From positions 4,982 to 68,981 of the forward strand of contig CADCJM010000004.1 in the NCBI GenBank assembly GCA_902801755.1: 64,000 nt of DNA, read 5' to 3'. A program made the position numbers and the translations under genes. Shown piece after piece: positions 39,602 to 48,536 of this stretch. The stretch's first letter is position 1, and every line of letters begins with the position of its first letter. The notes under the pieces were generated by a model. It ran no database searches and had not been told where the DNA came from. It saw nothing but the letters and a program-made list of their open reading frames with translations. Source of the DNA: Oscillospiraceae bacterium (GTDB lineage: Bacteria > Bacillota > Clostridia > Saccharofermentanales > Saccharofermentanaceae).

Positions 39602-42178
39602 TCATGCTTGCCTGATCAGGCTTAAGATTGCCCTGTACACCCAGCGTTCATCGTTCATGGCGTAGTATTCGTTCAGGAGCGGTTCAAAGTCCACTCTGAC
39701 GACATTGCCTGAGTTTATGTCTTGGATATCAAAATACGAGACTTCGTTAAGCTCGCCGGGACTTACCGGATCTCCTGCCTTGATCGTCATCGTCTCAGTT
39801 GTAACCTTGCCATTCCTGACGATATAGCCTGTTATATCGCGTGCAGCCTTTACGTCCTTCAATGCTTTAACACGGCACATATAGTCAGCTACAACAGGTA
39901 AACCGGTTTTGGAAGCTACCTTGAAATCTCTGCTCAAACTGATAGTCAGGTCGTCGCCGTTAATTATGGAGCAGTTGAATCTATATGGATCTTTTATATC
40001 AACAGGCAGAGCAATACCTGTGCAGTGTCCGATATATTTAATATCACTGTCACTTACTTCATATACACTGACATCAAAAGAGTTATCTTTAAGCAGCGTA
40101 TTTATGTAAATGTATGCTTTCCCGTTGACTTTGATAAGAGAAGCATTTAACAGGATCGATTTGGATCTGTCAGTATAGATATTTAATGAATAACTCTTTC
40201 CATTATGTACAATGTGGACCTTATCGGCACTCTGGCCACGCTCGTAATAGAATGAACCGTAATCACATTCAAGCGTGCCGGTGTTGTTATTGTAATCGAA
40301 GGGCATTGTCTTTCCGTCCTTCATATCTTTAACAGAACCATATTTAGGGGAAGCCGTGGTCTGGGCAGTGCCTGCTGTTGTCGCCATTGTGGCTTCTGTG
40401 CTGTTAACCGGCGCAGATGTGGGCGTAGGGGTGACCGATACTTCAGGCTCTGCCGTTGTCTCTGTGGTTGTCTCAACTGTCCCCGTAACTTCCGGATCAT
40501 CTGAGATGTCAGAAGGGATCTTGGTTCCACCTGAAGTCTTCTGATCTTCAAGGATCCTTATAGCCTTATCGATCTTGACTTTGCCGCAGATCAGTTCTAA
40601 TTCGCGGTTGCGGAAGTACTCGAAATATTCATTCTGTGTGACAGTCTTGCCGTCGATAGAATATGAGGGATCCTCGGAAAGGCCTTTGCCCTTAGGCGCT
40701 GCGCCGGAAATAAGATCATTTAATGAATAGAGCTTATCTTCGAACTGAGTACCTGCGGTATTCGCCTTGTGATACACAATGAAATCTTCAAAAGGGACAT
40801 AGTAATAAGCCTCTTCCGGATCCATTTTCACGCCATCCTCAAAGACCGGTGTAACCTTTCCATTTTTGAAAGTATACAGACTGACTGAGTTGTTCGCTCC
40901 CTCTGTCGGTTTTTCCAGAACGAGTTCGGGGATCAGATCATCATCAACATAAATGAAAGCATACTTGTAATATGCCTTATTCGCCTCATTGTCAGATACG
41001 CTTTGATTAATGAATTCAATATAAGGACCGATAAATGCAGCATCCCAACGTCTGGTCTTTGTCGTCTCAGTAGTAGCCTCAGAAGGCGTAGATTCCGTAG
41101 TATCAGACGTTGCAACTGCAACACTCTCTTCGGGCTCTGCAGGCTTCTCTCTTACCCACGGCTGGTGATCAACAGAAGATGCAGATACAAGTAGCGAGAA
41201 GACCAGAGTAACGCAAATGGAAGCTATCTGGATCTCTTTGGACATGATCTTATGAGCCAGAAGGTTCTTGATCCTCATCTTGGTCTCCATGCCGCCAAAG
41301 CTAAGGCCACTGAATGCAGTGCTCTGCATGAACGCGCCCTTATTGTCGTCAGCCGCATGTCTTACGAGAGACTTGCAGTATTCCTTGACCATCGAGAGAT
41401 TGAAATTACTTGTTGTCTCCTCATCGACACGCATTTCGATATCTGCGCAGAGCATAAAGAAAGCGAGCCATACAAGCGGATTGAACCAGTGAATGCAAAG
41501 GACGATATAGCTTAGAAGTTTTGTAAGTCCGTCCTTGTTCTTGATGTGCGTCCACTCGTGATTAAGGACATATTCTCGCTCGTCGTCATCCATGTTGATC
41601 GGGAAAAAGATCTTCGGCTTTATGATGCCTACAACGAATGGCGAATCGATATCATTGGCCATGTAATATCTGCCGTCGAAAGAGCGTGAACTCCATCTCG
41701 CCCTTGAATAGAAGATCGAATATCTTATCGCTGAGAAAATGAGCATGCCTACCATAACGGTGAGCCAGATATACGGAAGCACTGACTTGAACGTCACCTT
41801 CGGAGCCTGTTCAGTAACCACGGGAGCGGTCTCAGGAGCATCAGAGCCGTTATCAATTACAGCAGTATCAGGTGCATTCTGTTCCACAACGGCCGGCGCG
41901 GTATCGACGACCGCAATCTCTCTTAATCTTGTTTCCGGATCATAGGTAGTGGGCTCTGCCGATACTGTCTTCGGCTGTACGAGCTTGCCGAAGTTAAGGA
42001 GGCTCGTCGGCGAATTGAAATTAAACGGCAATACAAGCCTTAATGCAACGATGATCCAGAAAAGGATCATGACCTTCTTAGGGCATTTCTTGAAGATCAG
42101 TCTGAACAATAAGACGACAAGTATGGCAATACTGCCGTACAAGCTCATCTCCAACACTTTGGAAAATATATAACTCAT
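39602..42178 (-). CDS. BlaR1/MecR1-family M56 peptidase sensor-transducer with non-PBP extracellular domains
   Basis: MSLYGSIAIL...LRLVLP, SPFVVG, HEWTH (HExxH), HWFNPL, DIEMRVDE. Confidence 0.92.
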   Translation of the reverse strand: MSYIFSKVLEMSLYGSIAILVVLLFRLIFKKCPKKVMILFWIIVALRLVLPFNFNSPTSLLNFGKLVQPKTVSAEPTTYDPETRLREIAVVDTAPAVVEQNAPDTAVIDNGSDAPETAPVVTEQAPKVTFKSVLPYIWLTVMVGMLIFSAIRYSIFYSRARWSSRSFDGRYYMANDIDSPFVVGIIKPKIFFPINMDDDEREYVLNHEWTHIKNKDGLTKLLSYIVLCIHWFNPLVWLAFFMLCADIEMRVDEETTSNFNLSMVKEYCKSLVRHAADDNKGAFMQSTAFSGLSFGGMETKMRIKNLLAHKIMSKEIQIASICVTLVFSLLVSASSVDHQPWVREKPAEPEESVAVATSDTTESTPSEATTETTKTRRWDAAFIGPYIEFINQSVSDNEANKAYYKYAFIYVDDDLIPELVLEKPTEGANNSVSLYTFKNGKVTPVFEDGVKMDPEEAYYYVPFEDFIVYHKANTAGTQFEDKLYSLNDLISGAAPKGKGLSEDPSYSIDGKTVTQNEYFEYFRNRELELICGKVKIDKAIRILEDQKTSGGTKIPSDISDDPEVTGTVETTTETTAEPEVSVTPTPTSAPVNSTEATMATTAGTAQTTASPKYGSVKDMKDGKTMPFDYNNNTGTLECDYGSFYYERGQSADKVHIVHNGKSYSLNIYTDRSKSILLNASLIKVNGKAYIYINTLLKDNSFDVSVYEVSDSDIKYIGHCTGIALPVDIKDPYRFNCSIINGDDLTISLSRDFKVASKTGLPVVADYMCRVKALKDVKAARDITGYIVRNGKVTTETMTIKAGDPVSPGELNEVSYFDIQDINSGNVVRVDFEPLLNEYYAMNDERWVYRAILSLIRQA

Positions 42179-42203
42179 AACACTCTATCCCTGGGTTTGT
42201 TCC

Positions 42204-42419
42204 TTATTCTTCCGTATGCTGTTCGATCATGTCTATAAGACTCTGCGCGTCTTCCTTGCTCATCTTCTTGCCTCCGCCTAAGAAGGCATTAACGAACATC
42301 GGCAGAGATCCCTTGAAGTTCTTCTCGACAAGTTCCTCGCTCTGCTGCTTCTGAAGCTCATCACGGCCTATCAGATATGTAATAGTGGACTCACCAATAG
42401 AATTTTCTTTCATATGCAT
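42204..42419 (-). pseudogene. BlaI/MecI/CopY repressor lacking its winged-HTH (in-frame deletion)
   Basis: C-terminal ELVEKNFKGSLPMFVNAFL...MSKEDAQSL fused directly to N-terminal MKENSIGES; about 70 aa versus about 120. Confidence 0.75.
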
Positions 42420-42443
42420 ATTTCCCCTTATATATTTTTCAAC

Positions 42444-42472
42444 ATTCTACAAGTGTAGAATCAAGATGTCAA
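42444..42472 (-). promoter_or_regulatory. blaI-blaR promoter with operator overlapping the -10
   Basis: TTGACA-17-TAGAAT; palindrome ATTCTACAAGTGTAGAAT 42444-42461. Confidence 0.85.
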
Positions 42473-42524
42473 CTTCTTTATACTTCTTTTTTGTGTTACC
42501 TTACATTTAAGGAGGTAATTGCGC

Positions 42525-43910
42525 ATGAAATACGACAACGACAGGCTAGGAGCGGCATTGAAGCTCTATCTGGGAACCGATCCTCTGCCGATGCATATGC
42601 CGGGCGGCAAGCGCAACCCCGACTTCGTGTCACAGGCATTCATGCGTGATATCACCGAGATCGGCGGATTCGACAACCTCCATTCCCCTACCGGCATCCT
42701 CAAAGATATGGAAGACTGTGCCGCAACTATATGGAACGCCCGTAATGCTTTTATATCAGTAAACGGCTCCACAGCACTTATCCTTGCAGCGATCTGGAGC
42801 GCTTCGATCCTTTATCCGAACACCAAGATCGTAACCGCAATGAACTGCCACCTGTCGGTCTGGAACGCATTGGAACTCACCGGATCTTCCATAGTTCCCC
42901 TGATGCCAGCGTTTGATATAGGACTTCCTTTCGCAGGTCCCGTCGCACCTTCCGATATCGAGAGAGTCCTTGCAAGAGACCCTTCGATCAAGATAGTCGT
43001 AATCACTTCACCCACTTACGAGGGCGTCCAGTCCGATACTGAAGAGATCTTCCGCATCACCAGAAAATACGATGCCCTGCTCATAACCGACAGTGCCCAC
43101 GGCGCTCACTTAGGAATCGACAATTCGTTCTTCGGACCTGATTCCAAGGGTGATATCGTCATTAAGAGCCTTCACAAGACTTTATCTTCGCCCACCCAGA
43201 CAGCGGTAATGCTCCTCCACGAAGGGTGCCCCATTGAAGAGTCGCTTATCAGAAGAGGCCTTGATATCTTTGAGACATCGAGCCCTTCGTACATACTCCT
43301 AAGCGGCGTATCCAAGTGCCTTTCGAGCATTTATTCAAAAGGCCCTGCGATCTTAAAGCCGTGGGAGGAAGCCATCGTTTATGCCGAAGAGAACTTAAGG
43401 GGACTTAAGAATTTCAGGCTCTGGGAAGCACCTGTCAGGGAGCGCTCCAAGTTCGTAATCATGGGCTATGGGGATTTTGTTTTCGACCAGTTAAGAGGAA
43501 CATTCAACATCGAATGCGAAGCGAGCTTCCCTTCCCACATGATCGCCATGACAGGCATAGGCGACACCATAAATTCCGTAAAGCGCTTCTGCGACGCGGT
43601 CAAAGCCATAGATGACGCAGTTGATGAGCCCTACACCGAATCACAGTTTATCTCCAGACCTTACCCGAGATTTGCAATGACGCTCCGCGAAGCTGCCCAG
43701 TCAAGGCTCCGCTGCGTTGAACTCGAACCGGAATACTGCATAGGACGCGCCTCAGGCGCATTCATTTACGCCTTCCCGCCCGGAATCCCGATCCTTATGC
43801 CGGGCGAAGTAATCACGGAAGATACCATAAGGCTCATTTCGAGAGGCGATATACACCTGCTCATGGGTGGAGGCCGCACCTACAACGGACTGATACCCGT
43901 TTTGCCTTGA
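42525..43910 (+). CDS. Orn/Lys/Arg decarboxylase family PLP enzyme
   Basis: HMPGGK, VNGST, TSPTYEG, DSAHGAH, SLHKTL, PPGIP. Confidence 0.9.
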   Translation: MKYDNDRLGAALKLYLGTDPLPMHMPGGKRNPDFVSQAFMRDITEIGGFDNLHSPTGILKDMEDCAATIWNARNAFISVNGSTALILAAIWSASILYPNTKIVTAMNCHLSVWNALELTGSSIVPLMPAFDIGLPFAGPVAPSDIERVLARDPSIKIVVITSPTYEGVQSDTEEIFRITRKYDALLITDSAHGAHLGIDNSFFGPDSKGDIVIKSLHKTLSSPTQTAVMLLHEGCPIEESLIRRGLDIFETSSPSYILLSGVSKCLSSIYSKGPAILKPWEEAIVYAEENLRGLKNFRLWEAPVRERSKFVIMGYGDFVFDQLRGTFNIECEASFPSHMIAMTGIGDTINSVKRFCDAVKAIDDAVDEPYTESQFISRPYPRFAMTLREAAQSRLRCVELEPEYCIGRASGAFIYAFPPGIPILMPGEVITEDTIRLISRGDIHLLMGGGRTYNGLIPVLP

Positions 43911-43935
43911 CTGTTATAATTCATCAAAGTATAAT
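43907..43935 (+). promoter_or_regulatory. scfA promoter
   Basis: TTGACT-17-TATAAT; TATAATTCATC repeated at 43915 and 43930. Confidence 0.75.
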
Positions 43936-43967
43936 TCATCTATTAAAAACAAGGGAGATTAATCATT

Positions 43968-44084
43968 ATGACAAGAATCGTTACTATTGAGACAAGAGAT
44001 CTCGAGAAGTCAGCTAAGGAAGGCGGATGCGGCGAGTGCCAGACATCTTGCCAGTCTGCATGCAAGTGGGACCTTTTTTTATGA
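43968..44084 (+). CDS. scfA: SCIFF ranthipeptide precursor, truncated (4 of 6 Cys)
   Basis: Not in ORF track; MTRIVTIETRDLEKSAKEGGCGECQTSCQSACKWDLFL. Confidence 0.9.
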   Translation: MTRIVTIETRDLEKSAKEGGCGECQTSCQSACKWDLFL

Positions 44085-44098
44085 AATCGGGAGTTTAC

Positions 44099-45481
44099 AT
44101 GATCCACTGCTATCAATTTGAAGGTCTTAACATCGTGCTCGACTGCTATTCGGGTTCTATTCACATGGTCGACGAAGTCGCCTATGACATGATCCAATGG
44201 TACGAAAATGAGCCAGCAGAAGATGTTATCGCCAAAGCAATCGAAAAGCACGGCATCACAAGAGAAGATGCCGAGGAATGCATCGCCGACATCGATGACC
44301 TTAAGACAGCAGGCAAACTCTACGCTCCAGACAAATACGAGCACTTAGCCAAGGACTTCAGAAAAAAGAATTTCAAGATCAAGGCTTTGTGCCTCCACGT
44401 TGCCCACACATGCAACCTCAACTGCTCCTACTGCTTCGCAAGCCAGGGCAAGTACCACGGCGAGCGCGCCATCATGAGCTATGAGGTAGGCAAGAAGGCA
44501 ATCGATTTTCTCATCGAGAATTCAGGCTTCCACAAGAACCTTGATATCGACTTCTTCGGCGGCGAGCCCCTCATGAACTGGGACGTCGTAAAGCAGCTCG
44601 TTGCTTACGGCCGTGAGCAGGAGAAGCTCCACAACAAGAATATCCGTTTCACGCTTACGACAAACGGTATGCTCCTGGACGATGAGGTCACTGAATTCTG
44701 CAATAAGGAAATGCATAATGTCGTCCTCTCTCTGGACGGCCGCAAGGAAGTAAACGACCGTTTCAGAGTCGACTACGCAGGACACGGATCCTACGACAAG
44801 ATCGTTCCGAACTTCCAGAAGTTTGTCGCAAAGCGCGGTAACTTAAGCTACTACATGCGCGGCACCTTCACGCATTTCAACACAGACTTCGTAAACGACA
44901 TCAAGCAGATGTTGGATCTCGGCTTCACCGAACTGTCTATGGAGCCTGTTGTTTGCGAGCCTTCCAGCCCTTCAGCAATTACAAAGGAAGACCTGCCCAT
45001 TGTTTTCGAGCAGTACGAAGAGCTCGCAAGACTCATGGTACAGCGCTACAAGGAAGGCAGGCCCTTTACTTTCTATCACTACATGCTGGATCTCACATGC
45101 GGTCCCTGCATCTACAAGAGGATCGCAGGCTGCGGCTCCGGCACAGAGTATCTTGCTGTCACTCCCTGGGGTGACCTCTATCCCTGCCACCAGTTCGTCG
45201 GTGACGATGCATATAAGATGGGTTCGATCTACGAAGGCGTTAAGAATCTTGAGCTTCAGGACAGGTTCGCATGCTGCAACGCCTACAGCCGTCCTGAATG
45301 CAAAGACTGCTGGGCAAAGCTCTACTGCTCCGGCGGCTGCGCTGCAAACTCCTACCACGCTTCCGGCGATATCAACGGCATCTACGAGATGGGCTGCGAT
45401 ATCTTCCGCAAGAGGATCGAATGCGCAATTGCAGTCAAGCTCTTAACTTCGGGTCTGGAACAGCCCGGCGAAAAGAAATAA
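44099..45481 (+). CDS. scfB: SCIFF radical SAM/SPASM maturase
   Basis: MIHCYQ start, ALCLHVAHTCNLNCSYC, FFGGEPL, SPASM Cys clusters. Confidence 0.95.
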   Translation: MIHCYQFEGLNIVLDCYSGSIHMVDEVAYDMIQWYENEPAEDVIAKAIEKHGITREDAEECIADIDDLKTAGKLYAPDKYEHLAKDFRKKNFKIKALCLHVAHTCNLNCSYCFASQGKYHGERAIMSYEVGKKAIDFLIENSGFHKNLDIDFFGGEPLMNWDVVKQLVAYGREQEKLHNKNIRFTLTTNGMLLDDEVTEFCNKEMHNVVLSLDGRKEVNDRFRVDYAGHGSYDKIVPNFQKFVAKRGNLSYYMRGTFTHFNTDFVNDIKQMLDLGFTELSMEPVVCEPSSPSAITKEDLPIVFEQYEELARLMVQRYKEGRPFTFYHYMLDLTCGPCIYKRIAGCGSGTEYLAVTPWGDLYPCHQFVGDDAYKMGSIYEGVKNLELQDRFACCNAYSRPECKDCWAKLYCSGGCAANSYHASGDINGIYEMGCDIFRKRIECAIAVKLLTSGLEQPGEKK

Positions 45482-45484
45482 AAC

Positions 45485-45511
45485 AAAGGGTGCTTCAAAG
45501 CACCCTTTTTT
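45485..45511. terminator. Terminator between convergent genes
   Basis: AAAGGGTGCTT/AAGCACCCTTT plus T-tract. Confidence 0.8.
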
Positions 45512-45541
45512 CGTTTTTGGTTAAGTTGATCCCGGATATCG

Positions 45542-46210
45542 TTACAAATGGAACCTTCTTTGGAACTCGGCTGCTACTGCCCTTCCGCGGAATATGACTG
45601 AACCTGCGAAAAGAATAACGCTGACCATCAGACAGATGACCCAGGCAAGAGGCATCTTAGCGCTCACAAAAAAGTATATGATACTCGGCACGAGTCCCAT
45701 AAAGAGTCCTGTAAGAAGATAAAGCATCGTATTGCCGTTTTTGTCTAACAGTGCAAGCACGAAATTCGCCGTGATCGTTGCCGCAAGCACTATCGGCACA
45801 ACCAGATCGACCGTGATCTTCAAAAGGCCGAAGAAGTATGCTGTGACACACCACATCGCGATCGTGATAATGACCATCATGGTCACCTTGGCAGCCGAAC
45901 CGGTACCCGGCCTGAACTGACGCATGATCCCGAATTCAAAACCTATGAGCCACATCGCCAGAAGCAGGCTCCAGTGCAGATCAGGATATCCCGGCAAACG
46001 GAGCTTCACCATAAAATCCAGGCAGACTCCGATGATCAGGACACTCCATACGGCAAGAAGCTGCATCTTGTAAAAGAAAGATCTCTTCTTCTGCGCCTCG
46101 AACTTCGGATAACAGGGTTCTTCTGCGCTTCCGCCCAGCTTGCTCTGACACAACGGGCATTTGGTAAGATCTCCTGCGATATTCACTTTGCAATATAGAC
46201 AACGTCTCAT
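45542..46210 (-). CDS. Zn-ribbon membrane protein (DUF6320-like)
   Basis: CLYC...CPLC, about 6 TM, C-terminal RRFHL. Confidence 0.75.
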   Translation of the reverse strand: MRRCLYCKVNIAGDLTKCPLCQSKLGGSAEEPCYPKFEAQKKRSFFYKMQLLAVWSVLIIGVCLDFMVKLRLPGYPDLHWSLLLAMWLIGFEFGIMRQFRPGTGSAAKVTMMVIITIAMWCVTAYFFGLLKITVDLVVPIVLAATITANFVLALLDKNGNTMLYLLTGLFMGLVPSIIYFFVSAKMPLAWVICLMVSVILFAGSVIFRGRAVAAEFQRRFHL

Positions 46211-47457
46211 TTGATCACCTCCGTCGCACTTACGGTGATGTCCACTCCGGACTCGGACAGGTACCGGACAAAATTCTTCACGACTGCGGTATTCGCATAT
46301 GCGGAAGAGACTCCTAAAGTCAGATTTTCGCCATAGCCGAACATGGTAGAGAAGATGCTGTTTGTGCTGCAGAATCCGCTGTAATTCGCTATCCTATCAC
46401 CAAGTGCCTTCGGGGGCTTCTGCACTCCCATATTAGAGAAGGTCATGGTTACCTTCTTGCCTGATTTCAGGGTAAAATGGCGCACCACAAGCTGCTTGAT
46501 AAACAACGGTACCACTCTTACCGGTGCAACATATTCCATGGTCTCAAAGGTATCCATCTGTTTCTTGACGTTTTCCTCGGTCAGCTGGCTCTTGAGGGCA
46601 GTGTCAAATTCCACAGCAAGTTCTTCAAGCGTGATCTCACCGTCAAAGACATGCGTCACGTTCACGCTGTTGAAAAAGTTGCGTGCGGTCTTCGAAGGGT
46701 AATAGTTACGCAAGTTTACCGGGAGGGATATCGTCACCGGAAGATTGCGTTTTCTGGGCGGCATCTCATCGCGGACCGCAAGCATCCAAAGTGCTCCCAG
46801 ATAGCTCGTCAGCGAGACCTTCAATTCTTTTGCCCTCGGAAGTATCTGCGAGGACGGCATACTGATCTCGGAAAACTGCAGCTGATCGTATGGAAGTTTA
46901 AGTCCGCTTAAGTGATAAGCCTTTTTCCGGTCAGATGCATGCGGAAGGTTCTTGCCTCCGAAAAACTGGCGGTAGCTGTCCTGGCTTAAGTCACCTTCAG
47001 AAGCACCGGAATGGACCGTAATGTCTTCAAGCTCGCCGGGATATTTCCTTTTTAAATATTCGAGCACGATTATATTCAGAAATTCCATCGCACCCGTGCC
47101 GTCTGCCAGGACATGAGAGATATCCAGATTGATGCGTTTTCCGAAATATGTCACCTGGTAGTGAAGCATAGTTTTCGAAGGCACATAAAGGACAGGGCAG
47201 ATGCGGTCGTCCTCCTGCTTAACAACAGGCAGAAGGTCGGTATCTTCCATATAATGCCAGAAAAGGCCGCGCCTTATCCTCACCTGTACCTGCGGGCGGT
47301 CTTCGATCGCCGAGATAACCGCCTCCTGAAGGATCTCCGGATCAACCTCCTCTTTCAATGTGCAGCTGAGGCGGAACGATCTGGTGTCACGCTTGCCTGC
47401 AGTGGCCAGAAAGACCTTGGCCACATTGTCGATCCTGTACCAATTATCGCTTCCCAT
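46207..47457 (-). CDS. Alcohol acetyltransferase/condensation-domain-like acyltransferase
   Basis: WYRIDNVAK, HVLADG (HxxxDG), PVNLR, FSNMG. Confidence 0.8.
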   Translation of the reverse strand: MGSDNWYRIDNVAKVFLATAGKRDTRSFRLSCTLKEEVDPEILQEAVISAIEDRPQVQVRIRRGLFWHYMEDTDLLPVVKQEDDRICPVLYVPSKTMLHYQVTYFGKRINLDISHVLADGTGAMEFLNIIVLEYLKRKYPGELEDITVHSGASEGDLSQDSYRQFFGGKNLPHASDRKKAYHLSGLKLPYDQLQFSEISMPSSQILPRAKELKVSLTSYLGALWMLAVRDEMPPRKRNLPVTISLPVNLRNYYPSKTARNFFNSVNVTHVFDGEITLEELAVEFDTALKSQLTEENVKKQMDTFETMEYVAPVRVVPLFIKQLVVRHFTLKSGKKVTMTFSNMGVQKPPKALGDRIANYSGFCSTNSIFSTMFGYGENLTLGVSSAYANTAVVKNFVRYLSESGVDITVSATEVIK

Positions 47458-48343
47458 GTATTTCCTGCGACACATGTGATGCAAGCCTCTTCATCGCCCT
47501 GCGTGTCAATGCGCCGGGCATATGCTGATACACATGCCATCCTTTCTCTTCAATATCGAGTTCTGCCGTACCGCCGGCCCTCTGTATATGTTCCTTAAGT
47601 TTAATGCTGTCATCTACCAGGATACCGTTTCTTCCGGCCATGATATAGACGGGCGGGAAATTCTTGAAATCCCCGAAAAGCGGGCTGAACGCAGGATCTG
47701 CCGGATCATTTTCCCCTATGTATGCCTTGGCGGAGTTCACAACAAACTCCTTCGTAAGTATAGGATCGATGTCCCGGTTGGCCTCATAGGACTCCGAAGT
47801 ACAGGTCATATCAGTCCACGGGCTGAACAAAAGGAGTTCCCGCGGCGAGAGGTTCCCTTCCGCAATCAGTTTCTGTGTCAGGCAGAGCGCCATGTTGCCG
47901 CCTGCCGAATCACCTGCCAGGAGCACGTGTTCTGCATCCGCAACATTTTCCGTTATATATTTCCACATGGCAGCTGCGTCCTCTGAAGCGGCCGGGTAAG
48001 GGTGCTCGGGCGCCAGCCTGTATGCAAAAGAATAGACTCTAAAGCCCGTTGCCAATGCAAGCTTTACAGCGAGATTTCCCGCATAACCGAGTCCTCCGCA
48101 GATATAGCCGCCGCCGTGGCAGTAGAGTATTACGTAACCGGGATCGTATGACTTGACCGGCCTGATCTCCTCGCAGGGGATCTTTCCGGTGCGGAATTTT
48201 CTCCGCTCCACATCTTCTTTGGGTGTCGCAAGACCGTGTGCCCACTCTGACTGTTTCCTGTGGCGCTTGATCTCAGCAAGTGAAGATGCCTTTCCGGCCA
48301 TGAAATTCACGGTCTTCAAAGTTTTGACCAATGGATAGTTCAT
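47444..48343 (-). CDS. Alpha/beta hydrolase (family IV/HSL esterase)
   Basis: HGGGY, YRLAPEH, GDSAGG, WHVYQ. Confidence 0.9.
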   Translation of the reverse strand: MNYPLVKTLKTVNFMAGKASSLAEIKRHRKQSEWAHGLATPKEDVERRKFRTGKIPCEEIRPVKSYDPGYVILYCHGGGYICGGLGYAGNLAVKLALATGFRVYSFAYRLAPEHPYPAASEDAAAMWKYITENVADAEHVLLAGDSAGGNMALCLTQKLIAEGNLSPRELLLFSPWTDMTCTSESYEANRDIDPILTKEFVVNSAKAYIGENDPADPAFSPLFGDFKNFPPVYIMAGRNGILVDDSIKLKEHIQRAGGTAELDIEEKGWHVYQHMPGALTRRAMKRLASHVSQEIHGKR

Positions 48344-48426
48344 CGCCGCCGGTATTCCTCCGATTCATAGTTTTGTCCGATATCTTCATGGCGCACTTTA
48401 ATGCACCTCATTCTGATATGCAGATG

Positions 48427-48465
48427 ATAAAACCGTCCGGGACATATGCCTCAGACGGTTTTTAT
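48427..48465. terminator. Terminator after lipoprotein
   Basis: AAAACCGTC/GACGGTTTT. Confidence 0.7.
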
Positions 48466-48536
48466 TATAACATTGACGAACACAGCTGCCTTCTGTAAAA
48501 ACCATGTCACAGCCAGCGCCATCTGTAATGCTTCTT

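Noticed and set aside
39446-42461. TTCTAC-N4-GTAGA motifs resemble the Cas12a direct-repeat stem
   Set aside because: No regular spacers and no cas genes; sites abut each other or overlap a -10 box and fit the BlaI/CopY TACA-N2-TGTA operator beside a blaI-like gene
44027-44098. ORF-track N-terminal extension of the radical SAM gene
   Set aside because: It overlaps scfA in another frame; the family-typical start MIH is at 44099 with GGGAG upstream
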